A DNA stretch of 64,000 nucleotides from Spirochaetota bacterium (GCA_018262985.1 JADFDI010000001.1:325027-389026), one strand, 5' to 3'; counted from the stretch's first letter, positions 1-9,784 are shown. Translations and numbers: made by a program. The notes: generated by a model from the letters alone, not told the origin.

Positions 1-1007
1 ACGCCCTGGCCGACCAGCACCGGTATCGCGTCCGGATTTCCCCGCCTGACCGCGCGCACCAGGATGACCACGCCGACGAAGATGGCGATGAACACGGGCA
101 GGAGGCTCAGGTTGAACACCGCGGTGATCGAGGTGTCGTCGCCCGCGGCCAGCACGTGCGCGACTCCGAAGGCCGCCATGTCGATCCAGACCAGGGCGGC
201 CAGGAGCTTTCCGTCGAGGAAGCCGAAGAAGCGCGCGTAGAAGCGCATCAGGAAGCCGAGGCTGAAGCTCAGGCAGGCGCGGGCCAGCGCGCGGAAGACC
301 AGGCTCGAGGGCACGAAGCGCTCCGCGCCCATGTCGTAGAAGTACACCGATACGAAGATCAGCGAAAGCGCGTAGAAGAGGTTCGAGCGGTCGTCGGGCC
401 GTGCCGCGAACTGGAAGGCGAAGTAGACGCCGAGGAAGAGGCAGAGCGCCGCCAGGATCACGTAGAGCTGGCCGTTCAGGAAATTCTGGAGGTAGCGGAC
501 CCGTTCCGCCGCCTCGCGGTTCGCCAGCCGCATGGAAGGAATCGGCGCCATGGTGCCGAGGTAGTAGCACCTGAGCGCGACGGACACCGTCCCGTCGGCG
601 CCGACGGCCGAGGCGGGAACCACCATCGTGTCCGAAAGCAGCGGGCGATGGAAGTAGCTCGGCGGCAAGCCGCCGCGCCGGCCGACGTACTGGCCCCCGG
701 CGTAGACGTCCATGGGGCCCGTCGCCTTGCCGGTGACGAGGTAAAGCTCGCCGCCGCGGAGCTCTTCCGGCACGCGGAGCTCGGCGCGGAGCCAGAACCA
801 CGAGCCGGACTCGGGCAGCTCCTTCATGGAGGCCGCGTCCACGCTCTCCCAGGTCGAATCGTCGAAGCCGGGCTCGGCGCGGCCGCCCTCGTCGCCGAGG
901 GCGAAGCGCCAGGTCGGGGCGACGGGCGCCGAAAGGGGTTCTGCCGCGAGCGCCGGCGCGAGGCAGGCGAGGGCGGCGAGGAGGGCGATGGGGCTCGGTC
1001 TGCGCAT
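1..1007 (-). CDS. 7TM-DISM-type membrane receptor, N-terminal part (3' end of gene lies beyond the left window edge)
   Basis: Absent from the ORF track because there is no stop in the window. My translation from ATG 1007..1005 gives the signal peptide MRRPSPIALLAALACLAPALA. A ~170-aa extracellular domain follows, then at least 5 hydrophobic helices (LYVILAALCLFLGVYFAF, LFYALSLIFVSVYFY, FNLSLLPVFIAIFVGVVILV). This is the 7TMR-DISMED2 + 7TMR-DISM_7TM layout. Confidence 0.55.
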   Translation of the reverse strand, partial: MRRPSPIALLAALACLAPALAAEPLSAPVAPTWRFALGDEGGRAEPGFDDSTWESVDAASMKELPESGSWFWLRAELRVPEELRGGELYLVTGKATGPMDVYAGGQYVGRRGGLPPSYFHRPLLSDTMVVPASAVGADGTVSVALRCYYLGTMAPIPSMRLANREAAERVRYLQNFLNGQLYVILAALCLFLGVYFAFQFAARPDDRSNLFYALSLIFVSVYFYDMGAERFVPSSLVFRALARACLSFSLGFLMRFYARFFGFLDGKLLAALVWIDMAAFGVAHVLAAGDDTSITAVFNLSLLPVFIAIFVGVVILVRAVRRGNPDAIPVLVGQG

Positions 1008-1169
1008 GGTCCGTTCCGCCTTCAGGTCGAGTCGACGACCGGAACAGACTACGACGGTCGCACCGTATGCGCAAGGGCGCCGGATCGCGGGGCAGGCCAC
1101 GCTTCCCGGCCTCCTTCGGCGACGGGAAGCGGCGCGGCGCCGGGATCGAGGCCCGGCGCCGCGATCGGC

Positions 1170-1697
1170 TCAGCGTTCCTTCTGCGGCACCAGGTAGAGC
1201 CCCGAAAGTTCGTAGCCCTGGTCCAGGGCTATCGCCCTCATGCGCTCGAGCAGCTCCGGGCTCACCTCGGGCGTACGCGCGAGGAACCACAGGTACTCGC
1301 GGTCGTCGTTGCCGACCACGGCCCACTCGTAGTCCTCCCCGAGACCCATCACCAGGTAGTCCGAGGTGAACAGGCCGAAGAATTTGACCTTGAGCGCGCC
1401 GGGGCGGGCCGGGTCGGGAACCCAGGCCACCGCGGTCGCCTTGGTGTATTTCCCGTCGAGGGTGCGCTTGAAGCCGGAGTTAAGCACCGAGACGCGGCCG
1501 TCGTCGCGCAGGGCGTACTCGGCGGTGGCGCCGACCAGGGTCTTCTCGAAGCTGTGCTGGAAGCGCGCTATCTCGTACCAGCGCCCCAGGTAGCGGTTCA
1601 CGTCGAGGACGGGCACGGTTTCGAGGGGCGGGAGCTTCTGGGCGGCGAGCGGGGCGGCGAGGGACAGCAGGGCCGCCATTACGGCGATGGTTTTCAT
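1170..1697 (-). CDS. blc: bacterial lipocalin (Blc-like outer-membrane lipocalin)
   Basis: Track ORF 1170..1763 trimmed to ATG 1697, which gives the signal peptide MKTIAVMAALLSLAAPLAA with GGAGG just upstream. Lipocalin hallmarks are present: VDVNRYLGRWYEIARF, DYLVMGLGEDYEWAVVG, YLWFLAR. Confidence 0.85.
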   Translation of the reverse strand: MKTIAVMAALLSLAAPLAAQKLPPLETVPVLDVNRYLGRWYEIARFQHSFEKTLVGATAEYALRDDGRVSVLNSGFKRTLDGKYTKATAVAWVPDPARPGALKVKFFGLFTSDYLVMGLGEDYEWAVVGNDDREYLWFLARTPEVSPELLERMRAIALDQGYELSGLYLVPQKER

Positions 1698-1766
1698 CGG
1701 TTCCTCCGGTATCATGATTGTCGTCGGTACGCGGCCGCGCGTCGAACGCCCGGCCCGGCGCATAAG

Positions 1767-1780
1767 TTAGTTAAAACTAA
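1767..1780. promoter_or_regulatory. AT-rich perfect palindrome TTAGTT-AA-AACTAA in the blc/dcp divergent region (candidate operator)
   Basis: Read directly. It is 14 bp with only 2 G/C in a ~68% GC background and sits 48 nt upstream of the dcp ATG. Confidence 0.3.
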
Positions 1781-1827
1781 TAAAGAAGGCAAACCGGCCC
1801 TCGACGCGGCGTCCGACCCGGGTTACC

Positions 1828-3873
1828 ATGGCGCCCATGAAAGACTCCAACCCCCTCGTTTCCGACTGGAACACCCCCTACGGGCTCCCGCCCTTCGACC
1901 TCATCAAGGCGGAGCATTTCGGACCGGCGCTCGACCGGGCCATGGCCGAGCACAAGGCCGAGCTCGCCGAGCTCGCCGCCTCGAAGGCCGCGCCCGACTT
2001 CGCCAACACCATCGAGGCCTTCGACCGCGCGGGCGCCCTGCTCCAGCGCGTCGCGGCGGTCTACGGCAACTACACCGGCTCGGTTTCGACCCCCGAGATG
2101 CAGGCCGTCGAGCGCGAGTACGCGCCGAAGCTCGGCGTCCACATGGCCGGCGTCTACCTCGACCCCGCGCTCTTCGCCCGCGTCGACGCCGTGCACTCGA
2201 AGCGAGCGGCGCTCGGCCTCGCGCCCGTGCAGGTCCGCCTCGTCGAACGGATCCACCTCGACTTCGTCCTCGCCGGCGCCCGGCTCGACGCGAAGAAGAA
2301 GGCCCGGCTCGAGGAGATCGTCAAGGAGCTCGCGGACAAGTACACCGCCTTCTCGCAGCGCCTCCTCGCCGACGAGGAGGAAACCTACGTCCTCGTGGAA
2401 AAGCCCGGGGAGCTCGCGGGCCTTCCCGCCGACTTCGTCGCCGCGGCCGCCGAGCTCGCCGCCTCGAAGGGCCACGCCGGCAAGTGGGCCGTCTCGGTCT
2501 CGCGCTCCATGGTCGAACCCTGCCTGACCCACGCGGCCGACCGGTCCTTGCGGAAGCGCGTCCACGAGGCCTTCAAGGCGCGCGGCGAGCTCAGCCCCGA
2601 GCGCGACACCAAGGCGCTCATCAAGGAGATCCTCGTCCTCCGCGCCGAGCTCGCCTCGCTCCACGGCCACAAGTGCTTCGCCGACTACGCCCTCGTCGAC
2701 CGCATGGCGAAGAAGCCCGAAGCCGTCGCCACCCTGCTCGAGCGCGTCTGGAAGCCCGCCCTGGCCCGCTCGCTCGAGGAGAAGAAAGCCCTCTCCGCGC
2801 TCGCCCGCGAGCTCGACGGCGTCGAGAAGCTTGAGGCCGCCGACTGGCTCTACTACGCCGAGAAGCTCCGGATCCGCGACTACGACCTCGACGAAGCCTC
2901 GGTGAAGCCCTACTTCGCGCTCGAGCGCATGGTGCGGGCCTCGTTCGACGCGGCCGGCCGCCTCTTCGGCGTCGAGTTCAAGGAAGTCCCCGGCGTCCCC
3001 CTCTACCACGCGGACGCCAAGCTCTACGAGGTCCGGAACTCGAAGGACCAAAAACTGATCGGCGTCTTCATCACCGACCACTTCGCGCGCGCCGGCAAGC
3101 AGTCCGGCGCCTGGATGTCGACCTACCGCGACCAGGCGGCCGGCGTCATCCCCGTCGTCACCAACAACCTCAACTGCACGCGACCCGCCGGCGGCGCGCC
3201 CGCCCTCATCAGCTTCGACGACGTCAAGACGCTCTTCCACGAGTTCGGCCACGGGCTCCACGGTCTCCTCTCGGACGTGCCCTACCGCACGCTCTCCGGC
3301 ACCTCCGTGCTCCGAGACTTCGTCGAGCTCCCCAGCCAGCTCTTCGAGCACTGGGCGCTCGCGCCCGAGATCCTCGCCAAGTGGGCGACGCACGCCGAAA
3401 CCGGCAAGGCCATCCCCGCGGAGCTCGTCGACAAGATCCGCAAGACCATGACCTTCAACATGGGCTGGGAGACCGTCCAGTACCTCGGGCCGGCCCTGCT
3501 CGACATGGAGCTCCACAACCGCTCCGACTACTCGGGCTTCGACGCCGCCGCCTACGAGAAGGAAGCCTGCGCCCGCCTCGAGCTGCCCGCCGAAGTGGGC
3601 CTCCGCCACCGCCTGCCGCACTTCCAGCACGCCTTCGCGGGCGACGGCTACTCGGCCGGCTACTACGTCTACATGTGGGCGGAGGTGCTCGACGCCGACG
3701 CCTGGGCCGCGTTCGAGGAAAAGGGCGACTCCTTCGACCCCGAGCTCGCCGCGAAGCTCCGGAAGCACGTCTACTCCGCCGGCAACTCCGTCGACCCGGC
3801 CGAGACCTACCGGGCCTTCCGCGGCCGCGACGCCACGGTCGAGCCGCTCCTGAAGCAGAGAGGCCTTCTATAA
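1828..3873 (+). CDS. dcp: peptidyl-dipeptidase Dcp (M3 family zinc metallopeptidase)
   Basis: 681-aa track ORF with the HEFGH zinc motif (LFHEFGHGLHGLL). Length and N-terminus (NPLVSDWNTPYGLPPFDLIKAEHF) are typical of Dcp. Confidence 0.9.
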   Translation: MAPMKDSNPLVSDWNTPYGLPPFDLIKAEHFGPALDRAMAEHKAELAELAASKAAPDFANTIEAFDRAGALLQRVAAVYGNYTGSVSTPEMQAVEREYAPKLGVHMAGVYLDPALFARVDAVHSKRAALGLAPVQVRLVERIHLDFVLAGARLDAKKKARLEEIVKELADKYTAFSQRLLADEEETYVLVEKPGELAGLPADFVAAAAELAASKGHAGKWAVSVSRSMVEPCLTHAADRSLRKRVHEAFKARGELSPERDTKALIKEILVLRAELASLHGHKCFADYALVDRMAKKPEAVATLLERVWKPALARSLEEKKALSALARELDGVEKLEAADWLYYAEKLRIRDYDLDEASVKPYFALERMVRASFDAAGRLFGVEFKEVPGVPLYHADAKLYEVRNSKDQKLIGVFITDHFARAGKQSGAWMSTYRDQAAGVIPVVTNNLNCTRPAGGAPALISFDDVKTLFHEFGHGLHGLLSDVPYRTLSGTSVLRDFVELPSQLFEHWALAPEILAKWATHAETGKAIPAELVDKIRKTMTFNMGWETVQYLGPALLDMELHNRSDYSGFDAAAYEKEACARLELPAEVGLRHRLPHFQHAFAGDGYSAGYYVYMWAEVLDADAWAAFEEKGDSFDPELAAKLRKHVYSAGNSVDPAETYRAFRGRDATVEPLLKQRGLL

Positions 3874-3874
3874 C

Positions 3875-3965
3875 GAAGAAAAACACGGAGACACAGAGGC
3901 ACAGAGGGAAGAGGGAGAGAAAATAGGGGCAAGAAAGCAAGAAAAATGCTTTGAGATGGAAATTG
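3875..3965. repeat. half copy (left arm + centre) of the CACGGAG palindromic element family
   Basis: gaagaaaaacacggagacacagaggcacagagggaagaggg starts 2 nt after the dcp stop. It aligns with the left arms at 42345 and 43246 and with the reverse complement of 38752..38806. No matching right arm follows. Confidence 0.7.
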
Positions 3966-4225
3966 GGGCGCGTCGGCGGCCCGCGCGATCGGCGCGGGCC
4001 GCCGTCGGGCTTTCCGCTGCAACGCGGACCTCGCGACGCCGACCCGGGGCCGGGTCTCCTCCGGAGCCCCGGCTTCGCCCTCCGTTTTGTTCGACTCGTG
4101 GAGATCGCCGAGGCGAAAGCCTCGGCGCCGTCCGGCGCGTAGCGCCGGCGCTCGATCCCTCGCGCGGTTCGCGTGAATCGCCGAGGCTTTCGCCTCGGCG
4201 TCGTCAGGCGCGAAGCGCCTGACGC

Positions 4226-4846
4226 TCAGTCCTCGGCGAAGAGCTTGGCGGGGTCGAAGCCGAAGCCTTCGAGCACCTTCGACTCGATCCGCTCGTACGT
4301 GCCGTCCCAGCTTTCGCGGAGCTCGCCCGAGTCGAAATTCCCGTCGGGTTTGAGGCGGTAGACGCAGAGCCATTTGCCGCGGGGGTCGAGCACCCAGTAC
4401 TCGCGGACGCCCGAGCGGCGGTAGCGCTCGAACTTCTCGTGCTGGTCCTTCCTCGAGGTGGAGGGCGAGAGCACCTCGACGGCCAGGTCGGGCGCCCCGC
4501 GGCCGCGACGCTCGTCATGCTTCGACGGATCGCAGTAGACCAGCGCGTCCGGCTGGACCACCGTGTCCACCTCGTCGTCGGCCTCGTCGCCTTCCGGCAG
4601 GAGGACGTCGAACGGAGCGATGAATACCCGGCAGCGCTTCCCGCGCAGGAACTCGCGCAGCAAGAGCCCGATTTCAAGCACGACCTTCTGGTGCGCGGCG
4701 CCGGGCGCGGGGCTCATGGCGTACGCGACGCCGTCGATGAGCTCCCAGCGCTCGTCGTCGGGCCAGGTGCGGTAATGGCGGTACGTGAAGCGCCCATCCG
4801 CATCGAGCGCGGGGTCTCCCATGCGTTCCATCCTCCCAGTATACAC
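4226..4846 (-). CDS. Uma2-family (DUF820) PD-(D/E)xK endonuclease
   Basis: 206-aa track ORF. ELIDGVAYAMSPAPGAAHQ, VQPDALVY, APDLAVEVLSPST..K..KFERY...GVREYWVLDP match the Uma2 restriction-endonuclease-like core. Confidence 0.8.
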   Translation of the reverse strand: MYTGRMERMGDPALDADGRFTYRHYRTWPDDERWELIDGVAYAMSPAPGAAHQKVVLEIGLLLREFLRGKRCRVFIAPFDVLLPEGDEADDEVDTVVQPDALVYCDPSKHDERRGRGAPDLAVEVLSPSTSRKDQHEKFERYRRSGVREYWVLDPRGKWLCVYRLKPDGNFDSGELRESWDGTYERIESKVLEGFGFDPAKLFAED

Positions 4847-4938
4847 CCCTACCGCGGGCGGCGCTCGCGGCGCTTGCGGCGAGGGAGGAGGATCGCGCGG
4901 GCCGCGCGAGGGTTCGCGCGCGGGGACGGTCAGGCGGC

Positions 4939-5904
4939 CTACTTGAGCGAGAAGCTCCCGCCCTCGTCGAAGGCGAGCGGCACGGGATCGGTCCGGATCT
5001 CCGCCGGCAACTGGAGGGCGGCCGCCCCCACGACGCGGAAGCTGCCCTTCCGGTCCGCGAACAGCGCCTTCACTCCCTTCGAAAGCTTCTTCGCGCTGAA
5101 CACGCTCGTCACGGTGACGAAGGTGCGGTTGCCTTCGCGGCGGACCTCGGAGCTTTCGCCCGCGACCAGGCTCTCGCCGTTCACGAAGAGCTCGTAGCCG
5201 AGCTTCGCGAAGCCGAGCGGCGCCTTGGCCTCGTTCGCCACCTCGATGGTGAACGAGACCCGGAGCGGGACGTCGAGCTCCGCCGGGTCGACGACGGCTG
5301 CCGGCGGCTTCCTGCCGGCCAGCAGGTCCGCGATGGCCGAGCGCGCCTGCGAGGCGTCGGCCTTCTTCCCGGCCTTGGCGAGGGCCTTGGCCACCTCCTC
5401 CGCGGACGGGGGCGTCACGGTGAAGCCCGTGACGGCGAGGCGCGGCTTGATGGCGGGAATCTTCTTCTCGAGGCGGTAAGAGAACGAGATGTCCTTGGGC
5501 AGGCCCGGTATCTTCGGCAGGGGGATGGCGAGCGTCCCGTCGATCACCGTGGCCAGGTAGTCCTTGCTCGCGTAGTCCTTCACCAGCTTCGCTATGGCCT
5601 CGTAGGCGAGCGTCACGGTGAAGGCCTGCGCCTTCGAGCCGCGCGCGCCCACCGAGAAGCCGCCCTTGCCGGCGGCGGTGAAGACCTTCGAGCCTTCCAC
5701 CGAGAAGTCGAGCGTCATGCCCGAGAATTCGAGACCGAGCGGGTAGGGGTTCTTCACCGTGAGCTCGAAGAGGAAGGTGACGTCGCGGAGGCTGATGGCC
5801 TCGACGCGGAATTTCGTGATCTCCGCCGTGGGCTTCGCGAATTGCGCGAAGGCGGGAAGGGAAACGAGGACTGCGGCGAGCAGGGCGGCCACGGTGCGTT
5901 TCAT
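4939..5904 (-). CDS. secreted protein with two LEA_2/WHy-like (LEA14) domains
   Basis: Signal peptide MKRTVAALLAAVLVSLPAFA. Two beta-rich halves each start with a ..F.V...S....V.F.F.L.V.NPYP-type segment (ITKFRVEAISLRDVTFLFELTVKNPYPLGL; LRVSFTIEVANEAKAPLGF). Confidence 0.55.
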   Translation of the reverse strand: MKRTVAALLAAVLVSLPAFAQFAKPTAEITKFRVEAISLRDVTFLFELTVKNPYPLGLEFSGMTLDFSVEGSKVFTAAGKGGFSVGARGSKAQAFTVTLAYEAIAKLVKDYASKDYLATVIDGTLAIPLPKIPGLPKDISFSYRLEKKIPAIKPRLAVTGFTVTPPSAEEVAKALAKAGKKADASQARSAIADLLAGRKPPAAVVDPAELDVPLRVSFTIEVANEAKAPLGFAKLGYELFVNGESLVAGESSEVRREGNRTFVTVTSVFSAKKLSKGVKALFADRKGSFRVVGAAALQLPAEIRTDPVPLAFDEGGSFSLK

Positions 5905-5976
5905 GGGTTCATGCCTCCGTACGGAGAGTATAGGACGGCGCGGGCCCGGGAAGCGCAGATCCGCGTCGCTTTCATG

Positions 5977-8058
5977 CTACGCTTCCATACCCAGCGCGTC
6001 CGCCAGGAAGGCCAGCTTGTCCGCGGACTCGGCCACCACCTTGGAAAGCGGCTTGCCCATGCCGTGGCCCGCGTCGGTTTCGATGCGGGTCAGGACCGGC
6101 GCCGCTCCCCCGTGCCGCTCCTGGAGCGTGGCGGTGAACTTGTGGCTGTGCGCCGGCACCACGCGGTCGTCGTGGTCGCCGGTCAGGACGAGGGTGGCGG
6201 GATAGGCGACGCCTTCTTTCAGGTTGTGCAGGGGCGAATAGCGCATCAGCATCTCGAAGCCTTCCTTCGTCCCGCTCGAGCCGTAATCGCTCGTCCAGGC
6301 CCAGCCCACGGTGAACTTGTGGAAGCGGAGCATGTCCATGACGCCGACGGAAGGCGCGGCGGCCGCGAAGAGCTCGGGCCGCTGCGTCATGCACGCGCCC
6401 ACGAGAAGCCCGCCGTTCGAGCCGCCCTCGATGGCCAGCTTGGCGCCGGACGTCCAGCCCTCCGAAACCAGCCACTCGGCCGCCGCGATGAAGTCGTCGA
6501 AGACGTTCTGCTTCCTGTCGAGCTTGCCCGCCTCGTTCCATTCCCTACCGTACTCGCCGCCGCCGCGGATGCAGGCCACGGCGTACAGCCCGCCCCGCTC
6601 GAGCCAGGGCAGGATGGAGGCGGCGAAGCCGGGCGTCATGGAGATGTTGAAGCCGCCGTAGCCGTAGAGCCGCGTCGGGTTCGACCCGTCTTTCGGAAGT
6701 CCCTTCTTGTGGACGAGGAAGATCGGGACGCGCGTGCCGTCCTTGCCCGCGTAGAACTCGCGCTCGACGACGATGGAATCGAAGGGGAAGTCGACCCGCG
6801 GTTCGCGCCAGACGGAAACGTCCGCCGTCGCGGTATCGAGGCGGTAGACGGTCGGGGGACGGTTCCACGACGAGAAGGAGAAAAAGGCCTCGCGGTCGGA
6901 GGAGCGGCCTTCGGCCTCGCCGACGCTGCCTAGTCCGGGGAGGGGAAGGGTCGCGACCTTCCGCCCGTCGCTCTCGTGGAGGGTCAGGACCGAGGCGACG
7001 TCGCGGAGCCACGAGCAGAGGAGGCGGCCGCCGAGCAAGTAGGCCGAATCGAGAACGTCCCGCCCGGGGCCTTCGGGGATGATTTCGCGCCAGGCTCCTT
7101 CCTCGGGACGCGAGCGATCGACGGCGACCACCCGGTTCCGCGGCGCCCCGCGGTTAGTGAGGATATGGAAGGTCTCGCCCGAATTGCCGATCGGCCAGTG
7201 GATCGCGTCCATCGTTTCGACGAGCGGGACTATCGGGGCGTCCGCGACGCGAAGATCCTTGGTCCAGACGCGGTTGCCCGGCCGCGTCCCGTGGCTCGCC
7301 CAGATCATGAGCCAGTCGCCGTCCTCGCTGACCTGGCAGCCGAGGAACCATTCGGGTTGGTCGGGGCGCTCGTACACGAGCTCGTCGGCGGCCTGTTCGG
7401 CGCCGACGCGGTGGAAATACAGCCGCCGCGTCTTGTTCGGCGCCGTGAGCGCCGCTCCGGGCGCGGGTGGATCGAAACGGCTGTAGTAGAAGCCGCTTCC
7501 GTCTCCCTTCCACGATATGCCGGAATTCTTGATCCAGAGAAGCTCGTCGCCCAAATCCCTGCCCGAGTCCGCCTCGAGCACGCGCACCGCGGTCCAGTCC
7601 GAGCCGGCCTCGGCCAGCGCGAGCGCCACGAGCGATCCGTCGGGGCTCGCGCTCCAGAGATTGAGCGCCCGGGGCTTTCCTGCGGCCGACGCCGCGTTCG
7701 GGTCGAAGAGCGCGCGCTCCGGACCGTCGCCGTCCGAGACCATGAGCAAGGCCTGGTCGAGGAGGCCGGGGTTGTAGCGCCAGAAACGGCGGCCGCCGCG
7801 CGTCACCGGCAGGCCGAACTTCTCGTAATTCCACAGCGCCTCGAGCCGCTTGCGGAAGCGGGCGCGCGAAGGGATGCCCGACAGCCACGCCTCGGTGACG
7901 CGGTTCTGCGCAGTCACCCAGGCCTTGGTCTCTTCCGAGTTGTCGTCCTCGAGCCAGCGGTAGGGGTCGGCCACGGGGGTGCCGAAGTAGTCGTCGACCG
8001 TGCCGTCCTTGCGTGTTTCCGGGTAGCGGGGCGCTGGGCGCCGGGACATCGTGCTCAT
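5977..8058 (-). CDS. prolyl oligopeptidase (S9A serine peptidase)
   Basis: YPETRKDGTVDDYFGTPVADPYRWLED N-terminus, propeller region, GGSNGGLL nucleophile elbow, DHDDRVVPAHS. The track start at 8076 is GTG. I prefer ATG 8058 (or 8049), but no clear SD decides it. Confidence 0.9.
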   Translation of the reverse strand: MSTMSRRPAPRYPETRKDGTVDDYFGTPVADPYRWLEDDNSEETKAWVTAQNRVTEAWLSGIPSRARFRKRLEALWNYEKFGLPVTRGGRRFWRYNPGLLDQALLMVSDGDGPERALFDPNAASAAGKPRALNLWSASPDGSLVALALAEAGSDWTAVRVLEADSGRDLGDELLWIKNSGISWKGDGSGFYYSRFDPPAPGAALTAPNKTRRLYFHRVGAEQAADELVYERPDQPEWFLGCQVSEDGDWLMIWASHGTRPGNRVWTKDLRVADAPIVPLVETMDAIHWPIGNSGETFHILTNRGAPRNRVVAVDRSRPEEGAWREIIPEGPGRDVLDSAYLLGGRLLCSWLRDVASVLTLHESDGRKVATLPLPGLGSVGEAEGRSSDREAFFSFSSWNRPPTVYRLDTATADVSVWREPRVDFPFDSIVVEREFYAGKDGTRVPIFLVHKKGLPKDGSNPTRLYGYGGFNISMTPGFAASILPWLERGGLYAVACIRGGGEYGREWNEAGKLDRKQNVFDDFIAAAEWLVSEGWTSGAKLAIEGGSNGGLLVGACMTQRPELFAAAAPSVGVMDMLRFHKFTVGWAWTSDYGSSGTKEGFEMLMRYSPLHNLKEGVAYPATLVLTGDHDDRVVPAHSHKFTATLQERHGGAAPVLTRIETDAGHGMGKPLSKVVAESADKLAFLADALGMEA

Positions 8059-8131
8059 CGGCGCGAAGTATAGCACGAAGCCGCCGGGGGGATGCGCGGC
8101 GCGCGGGCTCGGATTCGACTAGACTGTAGCC

Positions 8132-9733
8132 ATGGCATCGGGAACCGCTCCGCCCCTCCTCGTCATCGCCCTGGTGCTCGCCGGATCCACCTCGCTCTTC
8201 CTGGCGGCCACCGCCTGGGCGCGGCGCCGCGTGCCCGGCGCCCGCGAGCTCGCCGTCCTCCTGGTCGGGAGCGCCCTCTACAGCCTCGCCTACGCCTTCG
8301 AGCTCCTCCGGAGCGACCTCGACGGCATACTCGCCTTCGTCTCCCTGGTCTACCTGGCGCTGGCCATCATGATTCCCGCCTTCCTGGCCTTCGCCTGGTG
8401 GATCACGACGGGGAAGGGCCTGCCGGTTCCGCTCCTCGCCGCCCTCGTCGCCTGGGGACTCCTGGCCTTCGCCGCCGTGCTCACCGTCCGGAGCCACTCG
8501 TTCTTCTACCTGAACCCGCGCGTCTCGACGGACGGACCCTATCCGGTCATCGGCTTCGGACGGGGGCCGCTCTACCTGGTCAACTTCGCCATGATCGAGC
8601 TCGTGGCGATTGCGGGCGCCGTCCTGCTCGCGATCCGCGCCTCGCGCTCCGTGGGGCGACAGCGCCTGCAATCCATCGTGATAGCCCTGGGCGGCTCCTT
8701 TCCCATCGCGGCGGGGCTCGGACGGCTGACGGGCCTGGTGCCCGAATGGTTCGACCCCGCGCCGCTGTCCTTCGCGGCCACCGGCGCGTTCACGGCGTTC
8801 GGCATGTTCAGGCTGGGACTGGTGGAGATCGTGCCGGCCGCGCGCGAGCTGGCCATCGACGCCTTGCGCGACGGCTTCGTCGTGACCGACACGCACGGGG
8901 CGGTGGTGGACGCGAACCGGGCCGCGCGTTCGCTGCTCGGCTGGCCCGAGGAGCTCGGCGCCGGCGAGCGGAACCTCGGCTCGGCGGCGGGCGGCGCCTT
9001 TGTCGGCCTCCTGGCGGAGGGAGCTGGCAAGGTCGAGGTGCGCCTGGCGGGAGGGGAAGCGGCGACAGGAGAGGACGCCGGCGACGCGCGCGAGCGCCAT
9101 ATCAGGGCGAACGCCTACCCCATCCTCTCGCCCCGCGGAGACGTGCGCGGCTTGTCCCTCCTCCTCGTGGACCAGACCGAGACCGTCGAGCTGCTCGAGC
9201 GGCTCAAGGAACTGGCCGACAAGGACGGCCTGACCGGGCTCCTGAACCGGCGCCGCTTCCTCGAGCTCGCCTCGCGCGAGATAGCCCTCGCGGCCCGTAC
9301 CCCCCGCCCCATGGCGCTGATCCTGGTCGACGTCGACCGTTTCAAGCGGGTGAACGACCGCCACGGCCACGAGGCCGGCGACGCGGTGCTGGCGGAGCTT
9401 TCGCGCCGCCTCGTCGCCACCTTCCGGAACGTGGACCTGGTCGGTCGCTACGGCGGGGAGGAATTCGTCGTCCTCCTGACGGCCGCGGAGAGCGTCGACG
9501 TGGAACTCGCCGCCGAGCGCGCGCGGCGGGCCGTGGAAGCCGCTTCCGTGCCCTGGAACGGCCTCGAGCTCCGCATCACCGCGAGCTTCGGCTGCGCCCG
9601 CGTGAGCGAGGAGCGCGGCCGGGTCGACTCCGCCCGCGTCGCCGAGATCCTCGCCGAAACCCTGCGCCGCGCCGACGCCGCGCTCTACCGCGCGAAGGAA
9701 GCGGGCCGGAACCGGGTCGAGACGGCGGGGTAA
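8132..9733 (+). CDS. membrane sensor diguanylate cyclase (N-terminal 7TM + PAS + GGDEF)
   Basis: 533-aa track ORF with about 7 hydrophobic helices, a PAS-like segment (DGFVVTDTHGAVVDANRAARSLLGW), and a GGDEF domain with RYGGEEFVVLL and RADAALYRAKEAGRNRV. Confidence 0.85.
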   Translation: MASGTAPPLLVIALVLAGSTSLFLAATAWARRRVPGARELAVLLVGSALYSLAYAFELLRSDLDGILAFVSLVYLALAIMIPAFLAFAWWITTGKGLPVPLLAALVAWGLLAFAAVLTVRSHSFFYLNPRVSTDGPYPVIGFGRGPLYLVNFAMIELVAIAGAVLLAIRASRSVGRQRLQSIVIALGGSFPIAAGLGRLTGLVPEWFDPAPLSFAATGAFTAFGMFRLGLVEIVPAARELAIDALRDGFVVTDTHGAVVDANRAARSLLGWPEELGAGERNLGSAAGGAFVGLLAEGAGKVEVRLAGGEAATGEDAGDARERHIRANAYPILSPRGDVRGLSLLLVDQTETVELLERLKELADKDGLTGLLNRRRFLELASREIALAARTPRPMALILVDVDRFKRVNDRHGHEAGDAVLAELSRRLVATFRNVDLVGRYGGEEFVVLLTAAESVDVELAAERARRAVEAASVPWNGLELRITASFGCARVSEERGRVDSARVAEILAETLRRADAALYRAKEAGRNRVETAG

Positions 9734-9784
9734 ATCCGTCCGTCATGTTGGATAAAACTATGTTCAATACAACATGAATCCAAC

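Noticed and set aside
156-2834. 892-aa ORF on the + strand (and similar: 1777..3768 -, 5842..6933 +, 7154..9370 -, 8092..9777 +)
   Set aside because: These are Arg/Gly/Pro/Ala-rich shadow frames typical of very GC-rich DNA. They overlap genes with clear family motifs on the other strand or frame (7TM-DISM, blc, dcp, prolyl oligopeptidase, GGDEF) and have no motifs of their own.
3381-3940. ORFs reading through the palindromic elements (tails such as KKNTETQRHRGKRERK; also 38754..38990 -, 42298..42588 -, 43266..43448 +)
   Set aside because: These are translation artefacts of the CACGGAG repeats. They lack an SD, are low complexity, and occur on either strand of the same element.
8120-8134. TAGACT hexamer 6 nt before the GGDEF gene ATG as a third leaderless promoter
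   Set aside because: No acceptable -35 lies at a 16 to 18 nt spacing, so it is too weak to call.
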